Part shown: positions 37,496 to 48,719 of the stretch, piece by piece
Layout of the letters: every line of letters begins with the position of its first letter
How positions within the stretch are numbered: position 1 is the first letter of the stretch
Assembly (NCBI GenBank): GCA_023245035.1
Contig: JAHFLD010000002.1
Span: 1,501-65,500, forward strand
DNA length: 64,000 bases
Direction: 5' to 3'
Source: Candidatus Harrisonbacteria bacterium
GTDB lineage: Bacteria; Patescibacteriota; Minisyncoccia; UBA6257; 1-14-0-10-40-38
The notes under the pieces: generated by a model
What the model was told of the DNA's origin: nothing
Seen by the model: only the letters and a program-made list of their open reading frames with translations
Databases searched by the model: none
Translations under genes and position numbers: made by a program

Positions 37496-38719
37496 ATGGC
37501 ACAGATTATGAAAGACAATTCGGCGGAAAATTACCCTTTCAAGATTGAAGTTGATTCAAAACCAGCTCTGACCGGTGGGGAATTGATTTCTTATAGCGAT
37601 CCGGCGGAGCAGGAAGTTCTGGCCAAGCTAAAGGGGCGCGATGATTTTGAGGCGCAAAGATTGCAGCGCATTTTGGCCTTGCCGGATTTGACGCGGACTA
37701 AAAACTCGCCGGTCAAGTTGGTTATAGACAAGATTCTGACTGTGCCGGATTTGCGCGGTTTTGACGTGGTGAGCATTCCCGAGACTATTAGTCCGGCGAA
37801 TAATTTTGATCTTTTTGATTTTCCGGCTGATCATCCAACGCGGAGACCGACCGATAGTTATTTTTTGACTCCGGAGCGAATGTTGCGCACACAGACAACT
37901 TCCATGTGGATGTATCACCTAAAAAATCCGGCGACGGTTAAAAAAATGGAGTCGCGGGGTTTTATGGGCCTTCTTTCCTACGGCAAGGTTTATCGCAAGG
38001 ACGAGATTGATCGCAAGCACTTTCCGGTTTTTCATCAGATTGACGGCTTGTATCTCGTCAAAAAAAGCCAGAAGGTTTTGACTTTGCAAGATTTGCATAA
38101 TGTTCTGACTTCAATAGTCGGGGCGGTTTTTGGCCAGGCGGCGGTGACCAGGTTTTTGCCGGACGCCTTTCCCTATACCGATCCGAGCACGCAAATGGAG
38201 GTGAAGTTCGGCGAAGACTGGCTGGAGATTTTGGGGGCGGGAATGGCGCGGGGAAGCACCTTGGCCAAACTCGGAATTGATCCTTCGGTTTATGGGGGTT
38301 GGGCTTTTGGTTTTGGGGTGGAGAGGTTAGCTATGCAAAAAATGCAAATTCCGGACATTCGAATCCTATGGTCAACCGATCCGCGAATCACCGGGCAATT
38401 TACAAGCATTGATAGTGTTTACGCGCAGGTTAGCCGCTATCCGGAAATTATTCGCGATATTTCTTTTATTGTTCCTCGAGATGTTGTGCCAAATCGGTTT
38501 TATGAAATTGTCCGCGAGCTTGGCGGCGACTTGGTGGAGGAGGTGAAGTTGATTGATGAGTACGAAAATGAGGCGAAGCTGGGGCCACAGAATAAGAGTT
38601 ACACCTTCCGCACGATTTATCGTTCTTTTGAACGGACTTTGACCGGAGAAGAGGTAAGCAAGATTCACGCGGCGGTGGAGGATTTTTTGAGGCGGGAACT
38701 GGGGGCGGGGATTAGGTGA
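37496..38719 (+). CDS. pheS: Single-chain phenylalanyl-tRNA synthetase-like class II aaRS (PheS-type catalytic core fused to FDX-ACB-like anticodon-binding domain)
   Basis: Motif 1 region DHPTRRPTDSYF. Motif 2 YRKDEIDRKHFPVFHQIDGL. Motif 3 GWAFGFGVERLAM. The C-terminal YPEIIRDISFIVP segment resembles the FDX-ACB domain of mitochondrial-type monomeric PheRS and of PheT. No pheT is adjacent in this window. Confidence 0.7.
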   Translation: MAQIMKDNSAENYPFKIEVDSKPALTGGELISYSDPAEQEVLAKLKGRDDFEAQRLQRILALPDLTRTKNSPVKLVIDKILTVPDLRGFDVVSIPETISPANNFDLFDFPADHPTRRPTDSYFLTPERMLRTQTTSMWMYHLKNPATVKKMESRGFMGLLSYGKVYRKDEIDRKHFPVFHQIDGLYLVKKSQKVLTLQDLHNVLTSIVGAVFGQAAVTRFLPDAFPYTDPSTQMEVKFGEDWLEILGAGMARGSTLAKLGIDPSVYGGWAFGFGVERLAMQKMQIPDIRILWSTDPRITGQFTSIDSVYAQVSRYPEIIRDISFIVPRDVVPNRFYEIVRELGGDLVEEVKLIDEYENEAKLGPQNKSYTFRTIYRSFERTLTGEEVSKIHAAVEDFLRRELGAGIR

Positions 38720-38782
38720 GCGCCTTTGCTTTTGAGGCGGCTTTTTGCTATAATTTGGGTGTAATCGAGTGATGATTTTTAG

Positions 38783-40849
<2,067 letters not shown>

Positions 40850-40937
40850 GCTTGGGGTATGAGCGATTGCGTTTTTTGCTTTTTATTGACCGGATATTAT
40901 TTTACTGATATACTCCAATCCATTAAAGATTCAGCCC

Positions 40938-41126
40938 ATGACTATTCGGTTAAAAAACTTTTGGGAGTCGGCTAAGCAGGAGTTTCGGCGGGTTAATTGG
41001 CCGAACTGGAATGAGACGCGATCACTAACACTGGTAGTGATTGTTTTTTCCGTTGGAACGGCCTTGTTTTTGGGCGTGTTAGATTTTGTGTTTACCTACT
41101 TATTGCAGGTTTTCTTTTTGAGTTAA
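40938..41126 (+). CDS. secE: Preprotein translocase subunit SecE
   Basis: 62 aa, single C-terminal TM helix. Conserved position before nusG. Confidence 0.75.
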   Translation: MTIRLKNFWESAKQEFRRVNWPNWNETRSLTLVVIVFSVGTALFLGVLDFVFTYLLQVFFLS

Positions 41127-41138
41127 CAGCTCGCTTTT

Positions 41139-41705
41139 ATGGATTCATCCTCAAAACAAAAACTTTCCGCAGGAAACAACGAGCGCCATTGGTACGCGAT
41201 TCATACCTATTCCGGCTACGAGGACGCGGTGGTGCGTTACTTGCGCCAGCGCGTGGATTCGCTGGGCATGAACGACAAGATTTTTAACATCATTGTGCCT
41301 TTGGAGAAAAAGGTAAAGATTAAAAACGGCAAGCGTCGCGAGGTTTCCGAGAAAATTTATCCCGGATATGTTTTAGTAGACATGGCCTTGACCGACGATT
41401 CTTGGTACGTGGTGCGCAATACGCCAAGGGTGACCGGTTTTGTTGGGTCTGATAGCACGACACCAGTTCCGCTTTCCAAGTCGGAGATAGACCTTCTGAT
41501 GTCTCGCATGGGCAATCAAGAGACGAAGTTTAAGATTGATCTTCAGGTTGGCGAGTCGGTTAAGATTACCGATGGGCCGTTTAAGGATTATGACGCCAAG
41601 GTTTCGGAAGTTGACGAGGAGAAGGGCAAGGTGAAGGTGTTGGTGCCGATTTTTGGGCGCGACACGGTGGTGGAGTTAGACTCACTTCAAGTCCAGAAGC
41701 TCTAA
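41139..41705 (+). CDS. nusG: Transcription termination/antitermination factor NusG
   Basis: NGN domain WYAIHTYSGYEDAV. C-terminal KOW (GESVKITDGPFKDYDAKV). Confidence 0.9.
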   Translation: MDSSSKQKLSAGNNERHWYAIHTYSGYEDAVVRYLRQRVDSLGMNDKIFNIIVPLEKKVKIKNGKRREVSEKIYPGYVLVDMALTDDSWYVVRNTPRVTGFVGSDSTTPVPLSKSEIDLLMSRMGNQETKFKIDLQVGESVKITDGPFKDYDAKVSEVDEEKGKVKVLVPIFGRDTVVELDSLQVQKL

Positions 41706-41724
41706 GGCGCCCTATCTTTTCTTC

Positions 41725-41825
41725 GCATTTCGTTGTCGTAACCTGCGTCAGTCGGTCGCGGTACTGTGACTTAAGTACCGCTTCCTCCTTTACTCGGTTA
41801 CTCCTAGAACTGCAAAGAAAATACA
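41725..41825 (+). repeat. Conserved ~90-bp intergenic module, copy B (between nusG and rplK)
   Basis: ttcgttgtcgtaacctgcgtcagtcggtcgcggtactgtgacttaagtaccgcttcctcctttactcggttactcctagaactgcaaagaaaatac. Aligns with copies A and C. Confidence 0.75.
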
Positions 41826-41976
41826 CGGGCGGTGTGGGGCGTTGCAAGTTCATTAGTTCTGTCACATATTTTGTTTAGCGAGTTGGAAATTGTAGCTGTC
41901 TTGTTTTTTGCTCGTATTTGTTGGAGTTTGCATTTTTACCCTAAACCCTATAAGCTAATCGCTAAACGCTATTTAT

Positions 41977-42399
41977 ATGGCCAAACCAATCAAAACCGTA
42001 TTAAAACTTCAGCTGGATGCGGGCAAGGCGAATCCCGCGCCGCCAGTCGGAACAGCTTTGGGACCTCACGGCATTAATATCGCCGATTTTTGCAAGAAAT
42101 TTAACGAAGCTACCAAGGACATGATGGGGGATGTGGTTCCGGCGGAAATCACGATTTTCGAGGACCGCACTTTTACTTTTAAGCTCAAAACTCCTCCGGC
42201 GTCTTCGCTTTTAAAAAAGGCGGCGGGAATCGAGAAGGGATCTGGTGAGCCAAACAAGAAAAAAGTGGGAACAGTGACTAAGGCTCAAGTTCGGGAGATT
42301 GCGGAGAAAAAAATGATAGATTTGAATACGACCAACTTGGAGGCGGCGGAGAAGATTATCGCCGGCACGGCGAGAAACATGGGGATCGAAGTTAAATAG
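41977..42399 (+). CDS. rplK: 50S ribosomal protein L11
   Basis: [34 protein letters not shown]. 140 aa. Confidence 0.93.
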   Translation: MAKPIKTVLKLQLDAGKANPAPPVGTALGPHGINIADFCKKFNEATKDMMGDVVPAEITIFEDRTFTFKLKTPPASSLLKKAAGIEKGSGEPNKKKVGTVTKAQVREIAEKKMIDLNTTNLEAAEKIIAGTARNMGIEVK

Positions 42400-42571
42400 A
42401 CCCCCATGTTTCTGTGAAGGGGTCGGGAAACGGTAGTTTCCCGTGGCGGAATTATTCAAACCGAGGGGTTTGAAGGAGGAGTGAAGCGACGACGAAACAT
42501 GGGTCTAAACGTTACCGAGTAACGTCGCCCGATCTTTGCTAGGCAAAGATTTAGGGATCGAAGTTAAATAG
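42400..42571 (+). mobile_element. Structured insertion downstream of rplK (family copy 3), with a duplicated rplK 3' end and a 31-nt core identical to copy 2
   Basis: The rplK end agaaacatgggg is followed by its reverse complement ccccatgtttct (42402-42413). The core aaggggtcgggaaacggtagtttcccgtggcgga...caaaccgaggggtttg follows. Direct copies of the rplK end then recur as gaaacatggg (42494-42503) and gggatcgaagttaaatag (42553-42570). rplA does not follow. Confidence 0.65.
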
Positions 42572-42575
42572 GCTC

Positions 42576-42709
42576 GGACTCTTCTTTTGCGGGGACCGGC
42601 TTTGATTTTTTTCCAGCGAAAAATCAAGCCTTCCTCTCGCGCTTCGCAATTCCTGACGGAATACCAAGCTGCGAAGCGCTCCGAGAGCTCCCCGCACAAA
42701 GAAGAGTCC
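42576..42709 (+). repeat. 134-bp nested palindrome (outer arms ggactcttcttttgcgggga / tccccgcacaaagaagagtcc; inner gcgcttcgca / tgcgaagcgc)
   Basis: Read directly from the sequence. Potential long hairpin RNA or cruciform. Confidence 0.7.
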
Positions 42710-42900
42710 TCGCTGGTTAGGGGAGAGAACTAGCGTTTAGGGTTCAGGGTCAAGCGTTTAGGCTTCAAAGCACAAAAGTCCTCGCTGGTGGGGGAATGAA
42801 TAGCGTTTGGCGGTTAGCGTTTAGGTGAATAGCATTAAGCGATTAGTGAGTAGGTCTTAAAATATGAAAGTCCTTGCGGTTCGAGGGTTGGGCTAGCGTT
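42700..42900 (+). repeat. Three degenerate tandem repeats of ~90 bp (unit begins aagtcctcgctggtgggg...tagcgtttagg)
   Basis: Units start at about 42700, 42790 and 42868. The related motif tcctcgctgggtgg recurs at 61872 and 61964. Confidence 0.6.
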
Positions 42901-42972
42901 GAGCGTTTACGGTAAGAAGTGTTTTTTAAATTTTTTGTACACAGCTTGGTTGGGCTTGGTTTATGATATAGT

Positions 42973-43923
42973 TTGGCTATGATCCATAAAAACTTTTGGC
43001 ATTATTTTGGGGTTTTGATGGCGATTATTGTGGTTAATGTGGGGTTTCTTAATTTTTCAACCAGTAAGATTGCCAGCGAGGTTGATACCTTGTCGAGTGT
43101 AATTACATCTACCGGTTCTTCGCCAACAGCGGCGGCTCCGGCCGAAGAAGTCGGTGGAACTTCGGGTGGCGGGTCTTCTCTAACTCAAAGAATTTGCGTT
43201 GACGATCCAAGTCCGGAAAATGACGGAATGAAGCCGGAGTTCGGTAAGGATGGCAAGATAGCCGGCGCCACTTATTCTTTAGAGTTCCAAAATGGAATAC
43301 CAGCCGATCATCGCAATCCAAATGGGACTCCTTTTACAATTGGTCAATATATTGCCGGGGTTAGTGTGTTTGGCGTTGACAGAAGTGAAGCGGGGGGTCT
43401 GGCCGATAGTGATTATAGCTATGACAACAACGATTCGGCTAAATGTGATGGAGTGCAATTAGATAAGGGTCGTCTCTTTAGTCCATCTTCCTACTATGGT
43501 GGTGTCGCTGGCAAGGTAAATGGCAAACCTTTTAGAGCTACCCTTTCCGTTGGTGTTGACCAGGGCAGAGATTGCAAAGAGTTAGGGCCCATTACAGCGG
43601 CAGAAAGCAAGCCGGTAAATACGAGTGGGAGTGCGAATCCAGTACTTAATCCAAATTCTTCGGCGGTAGTAGTTACCGAACAGGGTGGATCTTCCGGACA
43701 GCAGGGTGCGGTTATTAGCTCTGAATCCGGGGCGGTGGTATTGGAATATTTCTGCGGTTCAGATAATCACATCAAGGCGAAATACGTGGCCAAGGTAAAT
43801 AAGAGCGTTAATAAGAGAAAATATGCCCCAACTTTTCCCGCGAGTTCGGGCTTGAACAATCTGCTTAGTGATTTTGGATGGGGTCGGTTATTGGGTAGTT
43901 ATGCTTTTGGTTTTAAGGATTAA
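42973..43923 (+). CDS. Hypothetical secreted/membrane-anchored protein
   Basis: N-terminal TM/signal helix FGVLMAIIVVNVGFLNF. Paralogous N-terminus to the next gene. Confidence 0.55.
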   Translation: MAMIHKNFWHYFGVLMAIIVVNVGFLNFSTSKIASEVDTLSSVITSTGSSPTAAAPAEEVGGTSGGGSSLTQRICVDDPSPENDGMKPEFGKDGKIAGATYSLEFQNGIPADHRNPNGTPFTIGQYIAGVSVFGVDRSEAGGLADSDYSYDNNDSAKCDGVQLDKGRLFSPSSYYGGVAGKVNGKPFRATLSVGVDQGRDCKELGPITAAESKPVNTSGSANPVLNPNSSAVVVTEQGGSSGQQGAVISSESGAVVLEYFCGSDNHIKAKYVAKVNKSVNKRKYAPTFPASSGLNNLLSDFGWGRLLGSYAFGFKD

Positions 43924-43946
43924 ATTCTTTTTGTTCGGTTTTTTTT

Positions 43947-44654
43947 ATGATCCATTCCAGATTTTTAATCTTTTTTAGTATTTTGCTGGGAATTGTGGTT
44001 TTGAATGTTGTTAGTCTTAACATTTTGGTTGATAAAGTGGCGATGCGAGTGAGTGAGGTTAAAAGCGAAGTTTCTTTGGCAAGTGCCAGTTCGGCAGTGT
44101 CTGGACAGGTAGTTAGATTTTGTGCCGATACGGATCATGCGATTGATTACGCGGTGTCGGGGGCGACGATGGAGGTCAGCATTCCGAGTCAAGGAATTTT
44201 TGGCGGGGCGAGTTATCCAAGAAATCCAACTCGGGTAACCGATGCCTTATCGTTGATTCGCGCCGGTCAGCCGACGGTTAGCAATCCCACCAATATTGGC
44301 CCTTGTACGCAGGCTGGCGGCTATTTTACCGATTCAGCCGGGAGGAGGCAGAGTTTTTATTTTCAGCTGTGCCGAGATCAGGGAATTAATACCGGATCTG
44401 GTTCGGTTAAACCCGGCGAGCCGCCGATTCAGGGTTCTGGAATTAAACGCCTTACGGAATTTTATTGCAGTCGTAATTCTTTGACTTCCGTTGATAAAAC
44501 GGTGCCAAACTTCGCGAGCGCAAAAGTGCCTTTGTTCTTTGGTTTTTTTGGGCGATTGGCTGATGCTTTGGGAATTACCTATGCCAATCCGCCGGTGGCT
44601 TCCGGCAATTTGACGACGCAGTGGTTTGTGAATGCCGATCACGAGACGCAGTAG
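43947..44654 (+). CDS. Hypothetical secreted/membrane-anchored protein (paralog of upstream gene)
   Basis: MIHSRFLIFFSILLGIVVLNVVSLNILVDKV parallels MIHKNFWHYFGVLMAIIVVNVGFLNFSTSKI. Cys-containing extracellular domain. Confidence 0.55.
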   Translation: MIHSRFLIFFSILLGIVVLNVVSLNILVDKVAMRVSEVKSEVSLASASSAVSGQVVRFCADTDHAIDYAVSGATMEVSIPSQGIFGGASYPRNPTRVTDALSLIRAGQPTVSNPTNIGPCTQAGGYFTDSAGRRQSFYFQLCRDQGINTGSGSVKPGEPPIQGSGIKRLTEFYCSRNSLTSVDKTVPNFASAKVPLFFGFFGRLADALGITYANPPVASGNLTTQWFVNADHETQ

Positions 44655-44743
44655 ATTTTTTGCCAGACTTGCGTGGTTGGAATTAGTGGAGGAATTGGAT
44701 AATTGCTTAGGAGCTTTTGGCTTGGTAAGATTGCAATATAGTT

Positions 44744-46204
44744 ATGCCTTATATCCCAACAATCGGGCTGGAGATTCATGCCGAGCTTAAGACCAAGACT
44801 AAGATGTTTTGTGATTCGTTGAACGATCCGCTGGAGCGGCGTCCGAACGTAAACATTTGCCCGATTTGTACCGGCCATCCGGGAACTTTGCCGGTCATTA
44901 ACCGTGTGGCGGTGGAATCCATTATTCGCGTTGGTATGGCACTGGGCGGGGATTTGCCGGTGATTTCCAAGTTTGACCGGAAGAATTATTTTTATCCGGA
45001 TATTCCCAAGGCCTATCAAATTTCTCAATATGATCTGCCTTTGGTTTTCGGCGGGATTTTGAATGGCGTTCGGCTGACGAGAGTTCATCTGGAAGAAGAC
45101 ACGGCGAGATTACAGCACGCGGATGGAGGTGATTCTGCTAAAAAATCAGAGCGGCGAGTTTCACTGGTTGATTTTAACCGGGCGGGAGTTCCGCTGATGG
45201 AGCTGGTAACCGAGCCGGATATCAAAAATGCCGACGAGGCCGTGTCTTTTGCCAAGGAATTGCAGTTGCTTTTGCGTTATCTTGGCGTATCGGACGCCGA
45301 TATGGAAAAAGGGCAGATGAGGGTGGAGGCCAATGTTTCCATTCATCCTGATTTTCCCGGGAGTCCTTTGGGAACCAAAGTGGAGGTTAAAAATATCAAT
45401 TCTTTTAAGGCGGTGCATGGAGCGATTCAATACGAGCTTAAACGGCAGGCAGAGGTTTTGGATTCCGGAAAAAAGGTAGTCCAAGAAACGCGCGGTTGGG
45501 ACGATGTTGACCAGGTGACCGTGAGTCAACGCGTTAAGGAGTCGGCTCACGATTATCGTTATTTTCCCGAGCCGGATTTGCCGCCGCTTGATTTGGGCAA
45601 GATAGACTTGAAGGCCTTAAAGATTTCTTTGCCGGAGTTGCCGTGGGAGAAGCGGGCGCGATTTTTGAAGGAGTTTGGACTTTCGGCTGTTGAGACCGAG
45701 TCTTTGATTCAAGATCGCCGGGCGGCGCAATTTTTTGAGGAGGCTTTTTCGGAATTTAAATTAGAACACCGAACTCCGGGGTCGCGCGAAATTAAGCTGC
45801 TGATTAATTATTTGAACACCGATTTGCGGGGGCTTTTGGCGGAGAAGGAATCCAACTGGGATGATTCAAAAATAAGCCCCGAGCACTTCGCGGATTTAAT
45901 AGTTCTCATCTCGGAAAATAAAATCACCAGCCGATCGGCGAAGGATATTTTGCGCCGGATGAGTGAAACCGGACTTGATCCGCACGCCATCTTGGCTACG
46001 GAGGGATTGGAACAAGTTTCGGACGCGGAGGTGCTTCGGGGAATGGCGATGGGGATTATTGCCGCTCATCCACAGCCGGTCGCGGATTTTAAAAAAGGCA
46101 AGGAGAATGCCCTGCAGTTTTTAGTTGGCAAGGCGATGGCGGAGTTAAAAGGCAAGGGAAATCCGGCGGTTTTGCAAAAGGTGTTTAGGGAGTTGCTTGG
46201 GTAA
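44744..46204 (+). CDS. gatB: Asp-tRNA(Asn)/Glu-tRNA(Gln) amidotransferase subunit B
   Basis: MPYIPTIGLEIHAELKTKTKMFC. Motifs CPICTGHPGTLPV and YDLPL. 486 aa. Confidence 0.92.
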   Translation: MPYIPTIGLEIHAELKTKTKMFCDSLNDPLERRPNVNICPICTGHPGTLPVINRVAVESIIRVGMALGGDLPVISKFDRKNYFYPDIPKAYQISQYDLPLVFGGILNGVRLTRVHLEEDTARLQHADGGDSAKKSERRVSLVDFNRAGVPLMELVTEPDIKNADEAVSFAKELQLLLRYLGVSDADMEKGQMRVEANVSIHPDFPGSPLGTKVEVKNINSFKAVHGAIQYELKRQAEVLDSGKKVVQETRGWDDVDQVTVSQRVKESAHDYRYFPEPDLPPLDLGKIDLKALKISLPELPWEKRARFLKEFGLSAVETESLIQDRRAAQFFEEAFSEFKLEHRTPGSREIKLLINYLNTDLRGLLAEKESNWDDSKISPEHFADLIVLISENKITSRSAKDILRRMSETGLDPHAILATEGLEQVSDAEVLRGMAMGIIAAHPQPVADFKKGKENALQFLVGKAMAELKGKGNPAVLQKVFRELLG

Positions 46205-46298
46205 AGGGTTTTGATTTGTATTTGACGTTTTAAGCTTTAATCTGTTATGGTGTTTAAAGTTCTTTGATCTATCTGGAGAGTTTTTTTAGGAGATTCAG

Positions 46299-46742
46299 AT
46301 GACCGAAGAGGTAAAGAAGCTGGCTTGCCGGGTTTGCGAACGCGCAACCGACGAGGCGGGCTATTGCGATGTTTGCGATATTACCACCGTGGAGGCGTGG
46401 GATTGTGTTCGGTGCGGTTTTAGCAACAACGCTCTGGCTTGCGAAAATTGCGGTTTAGCCAAGGCGCCGGAAGATACCACAGCTGGCGTCAAAGAAGAGC
46501 TGCTTTTTGAAGAGGACGATGGCACGCCGACTTCCGGTTTCGGCTGGAAGTGCCCCGAGTGCGGCAGAATGAACTTTGAGAACTATGAAAGCAGGGTTTG
46601 CATATATCCTCACGGGGAAGATTTTAGAGGCGAGGGAATTTTCAAGAAAGACCGCTTTTTGGGTATGAATATTCAGGCTTTGTTCTGGGGTTTGTTTGCA
46701 GTCGGCATGTTCATCCTTTGGTTCGTGATGGCGTCGGTCTAG
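46299..46742 (+). CDS. Multi-zinc-ribbon protein with C-terminal TM helix
   Basis: Four CxxC pairs (CRVCE, CDVCD, CVRCG...CENCG, CPECG). C-terminal hydrophobic helix. A terminator follows at 46762-46790. Confidence 0.55.
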   Translation: MTEEVKKLACRVCERATDEAGYCDVCDITTVEAWDCVRCGFSNNALACENCGLAKAPEDTTAGVKEELLFEEDDGTPTSGFGWKCPECGRMNFENYESRVCIYPHGEDFRGEGIFKKDRFLGMNIQALFWGLFAVGMFILWFVMASV

Positions 46743-46820
46743 GATCTTCTGGCTTAAGTAGTTTTCGGCTTGCCTTTGGCAGGCCGTTTTTTTAACTGAC
46801 GGAGAGAGACGGATTAGAAC

Positions 46821-48563
46821 CTAAGAGGTTTTAGCTTCAATTTCTGATTTTATTTTGGTGATAAATTCTTCTAGCGCAAGCGGTTCCAGATTTTTTCCGT
46901 CTTTGCGCGGGGTAGCGGTCTTATTGGCCATTTCTTTTTCACCGACAACGAGAATGTAGGGGATTTTTTGAAGCTCGGCGTTGCGAACTCTTTTACCGAG
47001 AGTTTCGCTCGCAAGATTGACTTCAACGCGAATGTTTTTTTGGTTGAGCAGATTTTGAATTTCTTTCGCGTAGTCGGCCTGTTTTTCACTGACCGGAACT
47101 ATGGCGACTTGCACCGGAGCGAGCCAGACCGGGAAGCGCCCGGCGTAGTGTTCGATAAGAAAGCCAAAGACGCGTTCAAGGCTTCCTATGGTTGAGCGAT
47201 GAATCATCACCGGGCGCTTTTTTTGACCTTCGGCATCTATGTATTCAACGCCAAATTTTTCCGGCAGTAGAAAGTCGATTTGAGCGGTGAACAAGGTGTC
47301 CTCTTTGCCGTTGACATTTTTTGCTTGGACATCTAGTTTTGGTCCGTAAAACGCCGCTTCATCTTCGGCTTCGACATATTGCAGATCTAGTTCGTCGAGG
47401 GCTTTTTCCATCAGACTTTCGGCGTTGTTCCAAAGAGTGTCGTCGGGATAATATTTGCTCTTGTTTTTTGGATCACGCTTAGAAAAGCGATAAGAAACGA
47501 TGTCGAGTAATCCGAGACCTTTCATGCCCTCAACAATCATCTGGCAAGTTTTTTTAAACTCGTCTTTGAGTCCTTCCGGTGCCACAAAAAGATGGCCATC
47601 GGTGAGTTGAAACTTTCGTACCCGCATCATGCCCATAAGCTCTCCTGATTTTTCGTAACGATTATAGTCGGCAATCTCGGCGTACCGCGCCGGAAGTTCT
47701 TTGTAACTCCACTGACGTCGCTGATACATGCGAATATGGTGCGGGCAGGCCATTGGGCGGAGATAAAATTTATCACCGTCCATGTTTATTGGCGCATACA
47801 TGTTTTGCGAGTAATGTTCGAGATGACCAGAGGTGCGATAAAGTTCTTCGCCACCAAGATAAGGTGTTGTAACATGCTCGTAGCCATATTTCTTTTCGAG
47901 CGAGCGAGTGAATTCTTCCAGGGCGAATTTAACCGCGGTGCCTTTTGGTGTCCACATCGGCAATCCTTTACCAACTTTTTCGTCAATGAAAAACAAATCC
48001 AATTCCGGGCCGAGTTTTTTGTGATCGCGTTTTTTGGCTTCTTCTAGTTGCGCGAGCCGGGCCATAAGTTCTTCCTTGGTATTGAAGGCAAGGGCGTAGA
48101 TGCGGGTCAGCATTGGATTTTTTTCACTGCCTCGCCAATAGGCGCCGGCCAGTCGAGTCAACTTGAAGGCGTTCGGATTTATTTCTTGAGTGTTCTCCAC
48201 ATGACCGCCGCGACAGAGATCTATAAAATTTGCACCGGTTTGGTAGGTGGTCAGTTCTTTGCTTTCTTTGGAAAACTCGTCAACGAGTTCCAGCTTGAAT
48301 GGTTGGTCTTGGAATAGTTTAATGGCTTCGTTCGAGGTAATCTTTTTTCCGGAGAAGGGGAGGTTTTGCTTGATGAGATTTTTCATCTCCGCTTCGAGTT
48401 CCGGCAAGATCTCTTCGGAGATCTGTTCCGAAAACTTAAAGTCATAGTAAAACCCGTCATCAATAACTGGACCAATGCCGAGTTTGACGTCGGGAAACTT
48501 TTTTTGGACAACGGCGGCTAGGACGTGGGCTAGTGAATGGCGGATGTGGTCTAGGTTTGGCAT
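46821..48563 (-). CDS. thrS: Threonyl-tRNA synthetase (lacks N-terminal TGS extension)
   Basis: Class II motifs. Zinc-binding HxxxH. C-terminal anticodon-binding domain. 580 aa. Confidence 0.9.
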   Translation of the reverse strand: MPNLDHIRHSLAHVLAAVVQKKFPDVKLGIGPVIDDGFYYDFKFSEQISEEILPELEAEMKNLIKQNLPFSGKKITSNEAIKLFQDQPFKLELVDEFSKESKELTTYQTGANFIDLCRGGHVENTQEINPNAFKLTRLAGAYWRGSEKNPMLTRIYALAFNTKEELMARLAQLEEAKKRDHKKLGPELDLFFIDEKVGKGLPMWTPKGTAVKFALEEFTRSLEKKYGYEHVTTPYLGGEELYRTSGHLEHYSQNMYAPINMDGDKFYLRPMACPHHIRMYQRRQWSYKELPARYAEIADYNRYEKSGELMGMMRVRKFQLTDGHLFVAPEGLKDEFKKTCQMIVEGMKGLGLLDIVSYRFSKRDPKNKSKYYPDDTLWNNAESLMEKALDELDLQYVEAEDEAAFYGPKLDVQAKNVNGKEDTLFTAQIDFLLPEKFGVEYIDAEGQKKRPVMIHRSTIGSLERVFGFLIEHYAGRFPVWLAPVQVAIVPVSEKQADYAKEIQNLLNQKNIRVEVNLASETLGKRVRNAELQKIPYILVVGEKEMANKTATPRKDGKNLEPLALEEFITKIKSEIEAKTS

Positions 48564-48719
48564 GTAATTATATTCCGCTCTCTAACAGTCATCTGCTTTG
48601 TTGCGTCCTTCGATCCTCCCTCACAGTACCAAAATGGTACAGCTCGGTTCGGTACTTGGACGCGCCTCGCATCTGAATTGTTATAGAGCGGAATTATTTT
48701 TAATTGCTTATTTCATTTA

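Noticed and set aside
42700-42900. Possible CRISPR array (repeated aagtcctcgctggtgggg units)
   Set aside because: There are only three units, they are degenerate, the spacing of ~90 bp is itself repeated sequence rather than unique spacers, and there are no cas genes nearby.
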